Positions 32,866-42,731 of a DNA stretch of 64,000 nt are shown here, one piece after another. Source of the DNA: Caecitellus pseudoparvulus (taxonomy: Eukaryota; Protista; Bigyra: Bicosoecida); assembly GCA_965644315.1 (NCBI GenBank), contig CBFFRQ010000088.1:124001-188000 (forward strand), in the 5' to 3' direction. The notes beneath the pieces are model-generated. The model was given only the letters and a program-made list of their open reading frames with translations, made no database searches and was not told the DNA's origin. Positions within the stretch are counted from its first letter, which is position 1. Each line of letters opens with the position of its first letter. The position numbers and the translations under genes were made by a program.

Positions 32866-33431
32866 GCCGTGCTGGAAGCCTGGCCTCTCGTCGATGGGCA
32901 CAGCCTCCCGGCCTCGCCAGTTGACAGCTCACGGATCTGCGAGCGGGGTGGCCGTGCTCGCATGGTATGACCACGCAAGCCTGGCAGTGATGTGCGGGTG
33001 GGGTGATTTGGCACGCGAAGCTCGTACCCTGTGCTGCCGAGTGATTCCTTGTCCAGGCGCTCTATCATGTGGGACAACGAATGCAGGTGTCGCGAGGTGT
33101 CACCACAAAATCCACACGCTACACATGCAGACACACGATACAGAAAGCATGCATGTCCTTGAAAGCGTGTGGATTGGTGGCTGAGGCCGTTGGTAAAGCC
33201 CGGCGCGCGCAGTGTGAGGAGTTGACGAGAAACGCGCGGAAGCAAGTCACTAGGCCGCCAGCTCTGGCGACTTTGGCAGGCGTGCCAAGTGGCAAAGCGG
33301 GAGGGTACCTACATTCACCACTTTGCGGTCGTAGTTCCTGAGCATTGTAGGGTCCTGACGGGCACTGTCAGGGCGCGGCACGTTGTGCTCTGGCGCAAGC
33401 TGCTCTGGGGCAAGGAGCAGGGGAGCACGCC

Positions 33432-36179
33432 ATGGGCGCCACAGTCTCCGGCATGTTGTTCCCCACACGGGTTCACTTTGAGGAGCTGCGTTTTCCCTTC
33501 GCCCAAGGCCTGGTGGGCAGCGTGAGGCGCAAGTGTAGCGAGCTGCAGGTTCCGATTGAGAGCCTGCGAGTGTCGCGGCGGGAGTTCTTCGAGTACTTCG
33601 TCGATAGCGCTGGCATTGCGGTCAGCGGGAAGCTTCGACAGCTTCCCCTGGAAGTATTTCGTGCCTTTGATCCACAGCGCAGCGGCAGCGTGCCCCTGGC
33701 TCCCATCGTCTTCCTCTGTGTGCTGTTCTCCAGCCCTCCTGACGCTGAGAAGACTGTCCCTGACTCGGCTCGGGCCTCGGGCGTGTTTGCCCTTGCCTGC
33801 GGTGGTGCAGGGAAACTCAGTTTACATCACATGCATAGCCTGTGGCGGGTGGCTGTGCGCGCTGCGCTCAGTGTTGGGTTGGTGAAGCGCCCGCCAGAGC
33901 CTGGGGAGCTGGCCACCTGCGCCAAGAGCTTGGTGCAGGCTGTGCGCCGGCAAGCTGGAGCGCAGACGGCATCAGCCTATGCAGCTGCCTTTGCAGAAAC
34001 AGTCAGCAGGCCAGAGTGGCAGCATGAGTGGTTGACGCGCTTCCGTATGGGGCTGGCGCAGTACTCGACCAAGACTGCCGCAGGACAGCCACCCAAGTTT
34101 GACGTTGGTTTTGCCAGCGGTGCCACGCTGAAATACGAGGCAGCCATTGGGTCACGCAGCGCAGCAAGCAAGGTGTTGCACCCAGACCCTAGCGCCTGGC
34201 GCTCCCGTGCGAAAACGAAAAGTGCGGCACCGTCGCGTAAAAGCCAACAGCGGAGTGCCCATGCCGCCTTCAAGCAGTGGAAACAGCGCCAGCGAGCCAA
34301 GCTGCTGACATCCCGTAGGTATCTAAGCCATCTTGTTGTACAGACAGGGCTGCAGCTGCGTCAGGTGCAGGTTCTGTGCAGCAGGTTCGTGGAGGCATCC
34401 AACAGACGCGGCATGTTGAGCTTCCCCGCCTTCAAAGACGTCATGGACGAGCTGTTCCCGGCTTTCGGCTCAACTGGCGCCCTGCGTCAGCTATTTGATG
34501 CATTTGATGTGGACGACAGCGGCATGGTGGACATGCGTGAGTTCGTGGTTGGCGTCGGCAAGCTTGTGACGGGGGACCTGCAGACCAAGCTGCGGATCGT
34601 GTTCGATCTGTTCGACGGAACTGGCACGGGCGTGCTGTCCCTCGACGACCTGCTCAAATTCGTCCAGCACGGATCTGAAGAGGTCATGGAACTGTACCAC
34701 GGCGCTCGGCAGATCGTGAGCAGCATGTCCCCTGACAAACGGAACTCCGTCAGCCTGGCGGACTTTGTGCGCTGCTGCGCGGCAGAGCCGGTGCTGTTCT
34801 CCTGCTTGTCGCACGGGAGAGCTCCACGTGTGTTCCATGCGCTGCAAAGAGTGCATGAAGCGTGTGCGCGGCAGCCGGCGAGTGGGGGGCCCTGGGCACT
34901 GGAGTTGGCCAGCGTGCTGCGGGTGTGGCAGGCGCACGTCGCCCACCAGCAGCTGATACAATCGAACCCAGGCCTGAACTTGGAAGTCATGCGCCAGCAG
35001 GCACATGCCCGCATGGCTCGGGCTCAGCGTGGTGACGCTGCCGCGTGGGCCGAAAAACGTCTCCAGGACGCCAACATGCGCCAGCTGCTGGAGAGGACCC
35101 GGAGCAGCGTCGTCCTGGACACTGAGGCGTATGTCTACGCTGCGCTGGATGAGTGCGAGTTCCTGGGCCTCATGTGTGGGGTGTTCCACATGCCTGTCAG
35201 CGGCGTCTCATGCTCGAGGCACCTGTACGCGGAGCTGTGCGCAGAGTCTGGGAAGGAGGATCTGCCGCTGAGCCGTGCTCTGTACGAAATGGCTTCTTGC
35301 CTGGCGAGGACGCCCGCTGACATCGCGACGACGATCTTCCACTTTGCAGACACCAACCAGGACGGGCGGCTGTCCCAGAGCGAGGTCGCCCGGCTGCTGC
35401 TGCAGCAACAGGCCAAGTTGGATGCCAGCCTGTCTGCCGCGGCGACGCTGCTGGCCCACATGGACCGGGACGCAGACGGCGCGGTCACGTGGCGCGAATT
35501 CTCCACCACCATCAGCGAGCACCCCGAGCTGCTGCACAGCTTTGCAGTGCTCCTGGGCTCGCAGGCGGAACCTGGGGGACCCGTTGGAGCTGCACAAGCG
35601 CAGCCTGCGGACGAGCGTGCCCCCCACGAGCACTGCGAGCCGAAACAGCGCAGCGATGCAGAAGTGGGAGACCATGCATTGGCCTCACCGGCAGGCGTTA
35701 GGGTGGGTGTCACCCCTGCACGAGCCAGCGGTGCATTTGCCGGCTTCAGCCTCTTTGGGGGGGGTGTCGGCGAGCGGCCACACACTGCACCAGGCATGGT
35801 CAGCGAGGCAGTTGACTTTGCACTGCGGCGCGCGGAGTACGAGAGAAACGCTGCGTGGACAGCGCACCAGCTCAAAAGCGGTCGGCGACGCGCACAGGCA
35901 TTGAGCCAGGCATGCCGTAAGAACGCTCTGCCCCTCATAGGCGCCATTGCAACGACCCAGGTCGAAACCAAGCGCCTGGCGGACACGGCCGGCCGCGAAA
36001 AGGCTGCACGAGAGCGGATCACGAGTGTCCTGCCGGAGCACTGCAGCGCGTGGGTGGCCGAGCACCGAGGGGTCAGCGGCCGGGCGCGGCAGCAGGCGCC
36101 CCGCAGGGCCCGCGTGCGTCGGCGGTCGTCCCAGACCCGGCGGTCGGCTGCCAAGCACAGGGCGCCGCCGCCGACCTAG
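33432..36179 (+). CDS. N-myristoylated multi-EF-hand protein (calcineurin-B/NCS-like modules), 915 aa
   Basis: MGATVS myristoylation pattern; EF loops DVDDSGMVDMREF, DGTGTGVLSLDDL, DTNQDGRLSQSEV, DRDADGAVTWREF. Confidence 0.82.
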   Translation: MGATVSGMLFPTRVHFEELRFPFAQGLVGSVRRKCSELQVPIESLRVSRREFFEYFVDSAGIAVSGKLRQLPLEVFRAFDPQRSGSVPLAPIVFLCVLFSSPPDAEKTVPDSARASGVFALACGGAGKLSLHHMHSLWRVAVRAALSVGLVKRPPEPGELATCAKSLVQAVRRQAGAQTASAYAAAFAETVSRPEWQHEWLTRFRMGLAQYSTKTAAGQPPKFDVGFASGATLKYEAAIGSRSAASKVLHPDPSAWRSRAKTKSAAPSRKSQQRSAHAAFKQWKQRQRAKLLTSRRYLSHLVVQTGLQLRQVQVLCSRFVEASNRRGMLSFPAFKDVMDELFPAFGSTGALRQLFDAFDVDDSGMVDMREFVVGVGKLVTGDLQTKLRIVFDLFDGTGTGVLSLDDLLKFVQHGSEEVMELYHGARQIVSSMSPDKRNSVSLADFVRCCAAEPVLFSCLSHGRAPRVFHALQRVHEACARQPASGGPWALELASVLRVWQAHVAHQQLIQSNPGLNLEVMRQQAHARMARAQRGDAAAWAEKRLQDANMRQLLERTRSSVVLDTEAYVYAALDECEFLGLMCGVFHMPVSGVSCSRHLYAELCAESGKEDLPLSRALYEMASCLARTPADIATTIFHFADTNQDGRLSQSEVARLLLQQQAKLDASLSAAATLLAHMDRDADGAVTWREFSTTISEHPELLHSFAVLLGSQAEPGGPVGAAQAQPADERAPHEHCEPKQRSDAEVGDHALASPAGVRVGVTPARASGAFAGFSLFGGGVGERPHTAPGMVSEAVDFALRRAEYERNAAWTAHQLKSGRRRAQALSQACRKNALPLIGAIATTQVETKRLADTAGREKAARERITSVLPEHCSAWVAEHRGVSGRARQQAPRRARVRRRSSQTRRSAAKHRAPPPT

Positions 36180-36211
36180 CAGCGGTGCACGTGGCCACTG
36201 CGACCTGGCGC

Positions 36212-38024
36212 TCAGGAGCCCCCGCCACCCAGGGACTCCTGCATGGCGATGCGGAGCAGCTCCTCCTCCGTCAAGGCATCCTCGTGTCCGCCGCCATGCC
36301 CCCCCTGCGAGCCCAGGATGGCCGCCAGCGTCGCCTCGTCCACGGCGCCTGACCCCTGCAAGCTTGCCGCGATGGCAGCAGATATGGAGTCCTGCTCGGC
36401 TGAAGTCTGGCCGCCGGCAGTGGACGCGGCCAGGGCAGCGGCGAGCTCCGGGTCAGCAGCAGCTGTGGGCGACACGCCGCCAGCTGCAGCCTCCGACGCC
36501 CGGATGGCAGCCTCCAAGTCTGCCGCCTCCTTCGCGGCGGCTTGGTCCGCCACGTGCTGCAGGAGGGCCTGCTGCGTGGCTGCAACTTCCGAGTCCGCCA
36601 CCACTGAGGCAGTGATGGAGGCGTCCACCGCCTGGGAGTCCTCCTCTAGACTTGCCCGCAGCGCCGCGTCGATGCTGGTGTCTGTGTCGGCATACGCCTC
36701 GCGGGAGGCGGCGAGGACGGAGGCGATTTCGCGCGCCGACGCGCTCTGTGCTGCCGTGGCGGCTGTGGCAGGCGCATTGCGGAGGCGCGCCACGCGCAGC
36801 ATCTCCTCCTCCCGCTTGCCCACTGCCTGCGTCACGTGGGCCTCTGCGAAGCCGGGGCCGACGATGCTGTCGTAGTGCCCACCCCCATAGTACGACAGGC
36901 GCATGGGGGTGCGCCCCGTCCTCACGCCGTGCATGGTCTTCAGCACCCGGGCGCCGGCCTTGGCATCTGCCACCCAGATCTCCACAGGCCGGTCGTACAC
37001 CTCTGACAGTGCCTGCAGCTCGGGGTCGTCGCCCCACGTGCCGTCCTTGCGCAGGTTGGCAATGTACGCGTCGTAGTCATCAGCGATCCAGCCGGCGAAG
37101 TACGCCCGCTCGATGAGCATGTACGAGGCAGCTGCCTGGCGCACGACGTCGTGGTGCTCGTCGCTGCCGTACACCTGGTGGGCCACGGAGCGGAACATGC
37201 AGTTGCCGTCGCCGCTGACTGGCGTCAGGCGCAGGCCCTTGCTGGCCAGGGCGTCCTTGTAGCGGCTGTACATGCTGCTGGCGATGGCGACAGCGCGCTT
37301 GCGGGAAGCCCGCCGCCAGTAGAAGTAGGCGGGGGGGCGGAAGGGGCGAGGACGGCGGAGGCGGTGGCCGAAGGGCTGGAAACGGGAGATCTCCCTGCCG
37401 CTCTTGGGGTCTTGGAAGGTGGCGTCACGGTCAATCCACTCGTCCAGGGACGCGGCAAAGCCCCTGAAGTGCACCTTCACCTGTGTCTCGCTTGTGTCCA
37501 CGATGGTGCCCTCCAGCCACCGCAGCACCTTGGGGTGTGAGTCCCACACGTCCACTTTGTGCCCCTTCTCCAGCTTGCCGCCACTCACGAAGATCTTCGT
37601 CTGGTGCTCCGCGATGCGGGAGCTGTCCAGGGGCACCCACTCGTCGTAGTGGCTGTCCCAGTACGTGTAGTGCACGAAAGCTGACCCAGCTTCGATCTGC
37701 GCAGCATGGCGATTCAGTGCTGCATGCACTACCGGTACGGCACAGGAAGGCCGCCCAGGCAGTCGCACCTCTTCAGCACGAGCTTCATACCAAATGCCGT
37801 GCTTGTCCTGGACGTCGATCATCTGCTTCCGGCGCACTGCCACCGGAAGGGATTCGTCGTCAGTGGCTGGGCCTGCGTTTCGATGCGAAACGTGGACGGT
37901 GCCGCCATGCTCGTGCGGGGGTGGGGCTGCTCCCCGGCGTTGCTGCAGGTCTGCCTGACGTGTACAACTATGATACGGAGTGCTTGAGGACAGTGGCCAC
38001 CTCACCATTTGCCTCAGCTGCCAT
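36212..38024 (-). CDS. OTU deubiquitinase (OTUD5-like) with two N-terminal Tudor/Agenet/MBT-like domains and C-terminal UIMs; first exon 38024-38006, intron 37768-37697
   Basis: GDGNCMFRSVAHQVYG, WGDDPELQALSEVY, LSYYGGGHYDSI; IDVQDKHGIWY...VHYTYWDSHYDEWV and VDVWD...VHFRGFAASLDEWI; UIM-like DLEAAIRAS, DPELAAALAAS, EEELLRIAMQES. The first-intron acceptor is ambiguous (37951 or ~37873; both in frame). Confidence 0.88.
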
Positions 38025-38626
38025 GTCGTCCTGTGCTTGGGCTTGCTCTGAGCTCGTTCCTTGGCGTGGTCACGAGGCGGCAACAACTGCTTGCGCCAAG
38101 TCTGCTGAGCAGCAGCGTGTGGTGCAGGGAGGGTTGAGGGGGGTGGAAATAAGAAGTACTGCTGGGAGATGTTTTGTCAGCCGTTTGCTAGGGAGGCCTT
38201 TGTCTCGCCTCCGCAAGCTACACATATGTGTTAATGTGTGCGTGTGACCTTCTTGCCTTTGTCCTCGCTCACGTAGCCGCAACAAGCAGGTGCACCGAGA
38301 CAAAAGAAAAGAGGCAAGCATATTCCGCGAATGCAGATGCCAAGTATTGACAGACACGTTCATCACGCCCTCTCTGCGCTGACAGCGCCTTGCTGGTCGC
38401 TTGCGCAGGCGTGCAGTTTCGAGCATTGTCGCTGTCCGCACGGCAGCCTCCTGCCTGACACCTGACGGCCCCAGTAGGCGCAGTGACCACTGCACGACAG
38501 CCAGAGTGCCCACTTCACCCCAGCAGTCAGCAGCAGAGTCATGGTGAGCTGGGCAACGCGTGAAGAAACCGACTTGTCATCGCACGCGGCGCCACACTCG
38601 TGTTGCAGGCTGCTCGTGGACGGTCG

Positions 38627-40342
38627 ATGGCCGCAGCTGGGCGCGCAGTGGTGAGCGAGTCGAAGGAGAAGAATCCATTCACGCTGCCTTCGGATGAAGA
38701 CATGTTCCTGAGCCGGGAGCGCAGCAGGGCGGCAGACATGGAGGTGAGTGTTTCGTCTGCGTTTCGCCATGCACTGTCAGAGCCCTGCACCGCGCCGCGG
38801 CGCCGGGAGTGCAGAAGCGGCGGAAAGCTGGGAGGAGCAAGGTGTGGGAGCGTATCCAGCAGCCGAAGGAGGGCATGATCCGGCAGCTGCGCAGCGAGGC
38901 TGCCCCGTCCATGGACGAGGAGGCCAAGGAGAAGGTGGCCCGCACGCAGAGCTTGGTGGCAGCGGCGACGGCAGCCATGACCAGCACGCAGCGCCGGGAG
39001 CGGGAGCAGCTGACGTCCTTCATCAGCAAGAAGCGGGAGATGTTCCTGCTGCAGATGGCGCTGGACACGAAGCGGGAGGAGATCCAGAAGCTGGAGCACA
39101 AGGCGCAGATGAAGGAGGAGGCGCTGAAGAAGTCGGAGCTGATGCTGGAGGAGGACGCCATCCGCTTCGACGCGTTCTTGAAGGAGAACGACCGCCTGGC
39201 GCACAGCGCGATGAAGGCGGCGGAGGAAGCCACGAAGAAGAAGCAGAGCATGCAGCAGGAGATCAAGAAGCTGAAGTACCAGATCCAGGCCATCAAGGGC
39301 GAGAACGCCAAGAACGAGGACACGCTGAAGGAGTGGAAGGGCTACCAGCGCTTCCTGGACGACCTGACGGACCAGGCAGACCCCGAGTGGAAGGGGCAGC
39401 AGCTGGCCGTGAAGCGGCGCCGGCAGCAAGCCCGCAAGGAGGCCAAGTGGGCCCAGGACCACGAGCAGTGGGAGGCGGCTCGTGAGGCCAAGCGGGCAGA
39501 AATCGAAGCGGAGGAGGCCGCGCGCAAGGAGCAGTGCCGCCGCACGGGGAAGATGTACCGGCCCCCTGACATCGAGGCGGTGCTGGACGACATCTTCGTC
39601 GGCTGGCCTGAGCCCGCCATCACGGACGAGGCCTTTGCCACGGAGAGCAGCGGCGAGGACCTGCCCATGTACTTCACGCAGCCGCAGCAGCTGCTGCAGC
39701 TGTTCGCAGACAAGGAGGAGCGCAACCTGTTCCTCATCACCAACAAGCAGGAGATCGAGCACCAGCTGGAGGAGCTGCGGCAGGAGTACCGGGACACGCA
39801 GGCAGCCATGGAGCGGCAGACACGGGCGCTGGAGGAGAGCAAGGCGCGCCTGCAGGAGCGCATTGCGGCGGAGGAGGAGAAGATGGCGGCGCTGTCTGAT
39901 GGATTGAAGGGGGGCGGGGAGGGCGACGAGTCGCAGGTGCTGCTGGCGCGCCTGGAGCAGCGCATCGCCGACGTGTACGAGCTGTGCGGGGGGGGACTTG
40001 ACGTCCAAGCCGGGGCCCATCTCCATGCTCACGCGGCTGGAGGGCAACCTGGAGACGCTGCTGGCGAAGATGTCGGGCTTGCCGCCCGAGTACGTGAAGG
40101 AGAAGGAGAAGGCCATGGAGGACGAACGGCGGAAGGTGCTGCGGGTGGAGAAGGCGGCAGCCGACGCCGCCGACGTCCAGCGCCGCCTGGAGAACAGCAT
40201 CCGCCGCTCCCAGGAACCCGTCAAGCGGCGCACTGGCAAGCCCCTCATGGAGCGCTCCCGCCCCGTCCGCAAGCGCAAGCAGGAAGAGCGCGTCGACCCA
40301 GACAAGCTCCGAGAGCTCGCAGACATGAAGTACTTTGTGTAG
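38627..40342 (+). CDS. CFAP100: Cilia- and flagella-associated protein 100 (CCDC37/38, DUF4200); intron 38744-38814; frame break at G8 run 39988-39995
   Basis: NPFTLPSDE, FISKKREMFLLQMALDTKREEIQKLE...LEEDAIRFDAFLKEND, PMYFTQPQQLLQLFADKEERNLFLI; the C-terminus (MLTRLEGNLETLL...GKPLMERSRP...KYFV) continues in the +1 frame. Confidence 0.88.
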
Positions 40343-40421
40343 ACACGCCCGCCACGGGGGGGAGGGCGCGTGGACCGCTGCTTTGCAATGTATCTGCTTG
40401 ACAAGACGGCGGCGAGCCGGG

Positions 40422-42267
40422 TCAGATTTCCATCAGGGCTTCGTCCTTGTTGTACTGCACGCCGTGCTTGTCCAGCCACTCCTCCATCATGTCCATGAGC
40501 CAGGACATCTTGTCCCCCAGGCCCACCTCGGGGTCCTCCCACTTGCCCAGTGCCACGTGCGCGAACGCCTCCACGCACTCGTTGAAATCCAGCTCATCCA
40601 GGCCCTCCACTGCGAGGTCCCCCACGGCACCGCCCTCGTCCTCGCTCTGTGCCAGCATGAAAGCGAGGGAAGCCTCTGCCCGTGTCAGCACGTCCGAGTC
40701 AGCGCCTTGGCCCACGGCTGGCGCCGCCTGTTTCCGCGCCAGCGCCTTGTTGGCGGGCTGCTCCGGCTCGGCCTCCTCCTGCTGCTCCATGATGCCAATT
40801 GCCTCCAGCATGGTGAAGAAGGCGTCCTGGGTCATGCTGAGGCTGTCCACGTCGTGTGCGCCGCCTGCACCTGCTGCTGCCGGCGCGGCGCCTTCCTCGT
40901 CCGAGGCGTCCTCGTCCACGTCCGCGAAAGTCGAGAAGAGGGCCTTCATCGCAGGCGTGCCCCGCACAATGTTAGGCATCACGTCGGCTGACTTGAGCAG
41001 CGCGCGCACCGTGGAGGAAGAGGTGGTCTTGTCCGCGACGGGCATGAGGAACATGTCCAGGAGGCGCTCCACCATTTCCGCACGCAGCACCAGGTCCATG
41101 CCAGTGGCACCCGCGTCCTGGGCCGTCGAGAAGGCCAGCTCTGCAGCGCACAGCAACATGGCTTCGATGAAGGCCGCTCGAGAGAGGCCCATGCCGGGCT
41201 TCCGGCGCCCTTTGCGCTTGCCGGTGATGGCGTACACGAACAGCTGCTGGGGCATGATGGAGGACAGCTGTATGCCGGCGTCGATGATGAGGCAGGAAAA
41301 CTCGTTCGCGCTCATGTTGTAGTTGTGGGGCCCCTTCTCCTCGCCCCCCAGCAGGTTGGAGTAGTACCGGAACAAGTCCCGCAGCGGCTGGTAGTACTTG
41401 AGCAGGAGATCGTGCAGCTTCAGCTTCTCCACCTCCCGCCCGCCCTGCGGCAGCAGATCCAGGCTCCAGTGCAGCTGTTTCCAGTCCCGGCTGAACAACT
41501 CCGTCACTTCGTCACCCCCCGCCTCCAGCAGCGCCGCAGCCTGTTCCTCCAAAGCCGCCTTGCGCTTCATCGCAGCCACGCGCTTGGCTTCCTCCTGAAT
41601 GGCCCGCTCCCTGGCCTCGGCGTCCAGCACACGCCTGCGGCGGTGCCCAGCGACGGGACTGTACCCAAACGCCTCATTGTGCCAGTCGCTCGTTCCGAAC
41701 TCCATTCTGTCGCCGTGCTGGAGCTGGGTGGTGAACTGGACGTGCACCGTGTCTCCGTCTGCAATGGAGGGAGGGCGTGAAGCAGCAGTGTTGAAGCGCG
41801 CCTGCAGGCGCGTGCGGCTGCTGCGCACCATGCAGGACGTCATGGATGATCGTGGACGGCTTCAAGCACGGCCCTGTGTCCTGGTACGCCAGAGTGGGCG
41901 GAGCAAGGTGCTTCCCGAGTCAACGCGCGGCATGCACAGCGCCAGCCGCACCCTCGTCTTCCATGTGTCTTGTGAGTGCACTGCATGAGGTGCAAAGTGG
42001 CCTATTCTGCTCGCTGCCAGTTCGCGGCACCTGCGCGTGCCCCCCGGCGTCCACTGCGAGCGCGCGCGCGTTGGGAGTTGCGAGCCTGCGTTTCGCGCGA
42101 AACCACGCCGCCTCCCGAGGCCGTACCTGCGCGAACCGAGCTCGCACAGCCAAAGACAACCACTTGATGGTCTGGTTGCCCTCCCCAACAGCCTGGGTGT
42201 ACTTGAACTCGGCTGTGGCGCCAGGCGTTGAGCTGTCGGGGTAGTGCACGATGACCTTCAGCTTCAT
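40422..42267 (-). CDS. Uncharacterised protein with N-terminal Par3/HAL-N ubiquitin-like domain and C-terminal EF-hand-like helical modules, ~543 aa; exons 42267-42127, 42053-41952, 41880-41829, 41758-40422
   Basis: Three introns of 73, 71 and 70 nt join MKLKVIVHY...VGEGNQTIKWLSLAVRARF and LKPSTIIHDVLHDGDTVHVQF (HAL-N pattern) to LRDLFRYY...MSANEFSCLIIDAGI...LDFNECVEAFAHVA. Confidence 0.72.
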
Positions 42268-42731
42268 CAAGAGTGTGCAGTGGATGTGTAAACGGAGCTG
42301 ACGTAGCAGGCTCCCTTTGAGCCCCTTGTATGTGGCACTCCTGTGATGGTACTTCGCGGTGTGAGTTGAGGTCCTCAATCTTTTTTCGTTTCACTGGTTG
42401 TTGTCGCACAGCGTGGAGAAATCGCAGGTGCGGCTAAAAGCTTCTGCCCCTCTCGTACTCTACTTCAGGTTTGATCTCACTTTCCTCAGAAATGGATAAA
42501 ATGAGCATGCCACAGGTTTGAAGGCACAACGTCGCTCATGCTCGAATCTCAATTATCTCCCCAGGTTCGTTCAGCAAGCAGTGGGGGCAGTCTTTAGAGC
42601 AGGCGCCGACTGCCAAGCACACACATTCCTGCGCAAGGCCAGGCGCTGACTGCGGCCGCAGCGAAAGGCAGCAAGCGGACGAGCCCTTGACGGAAACTGT
42701 CGTGCACTGTCCTTTGGGCCGCCTCGCCAGC

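Noticed and set aside
33135-33161. ACGATACAGAAAGCATGCATGTCC resembles the U6 snRNA core
   Set aside because: Lacks the invariant ACAGAGA box and the flanking U6 sequence and U-tail; probably chance.
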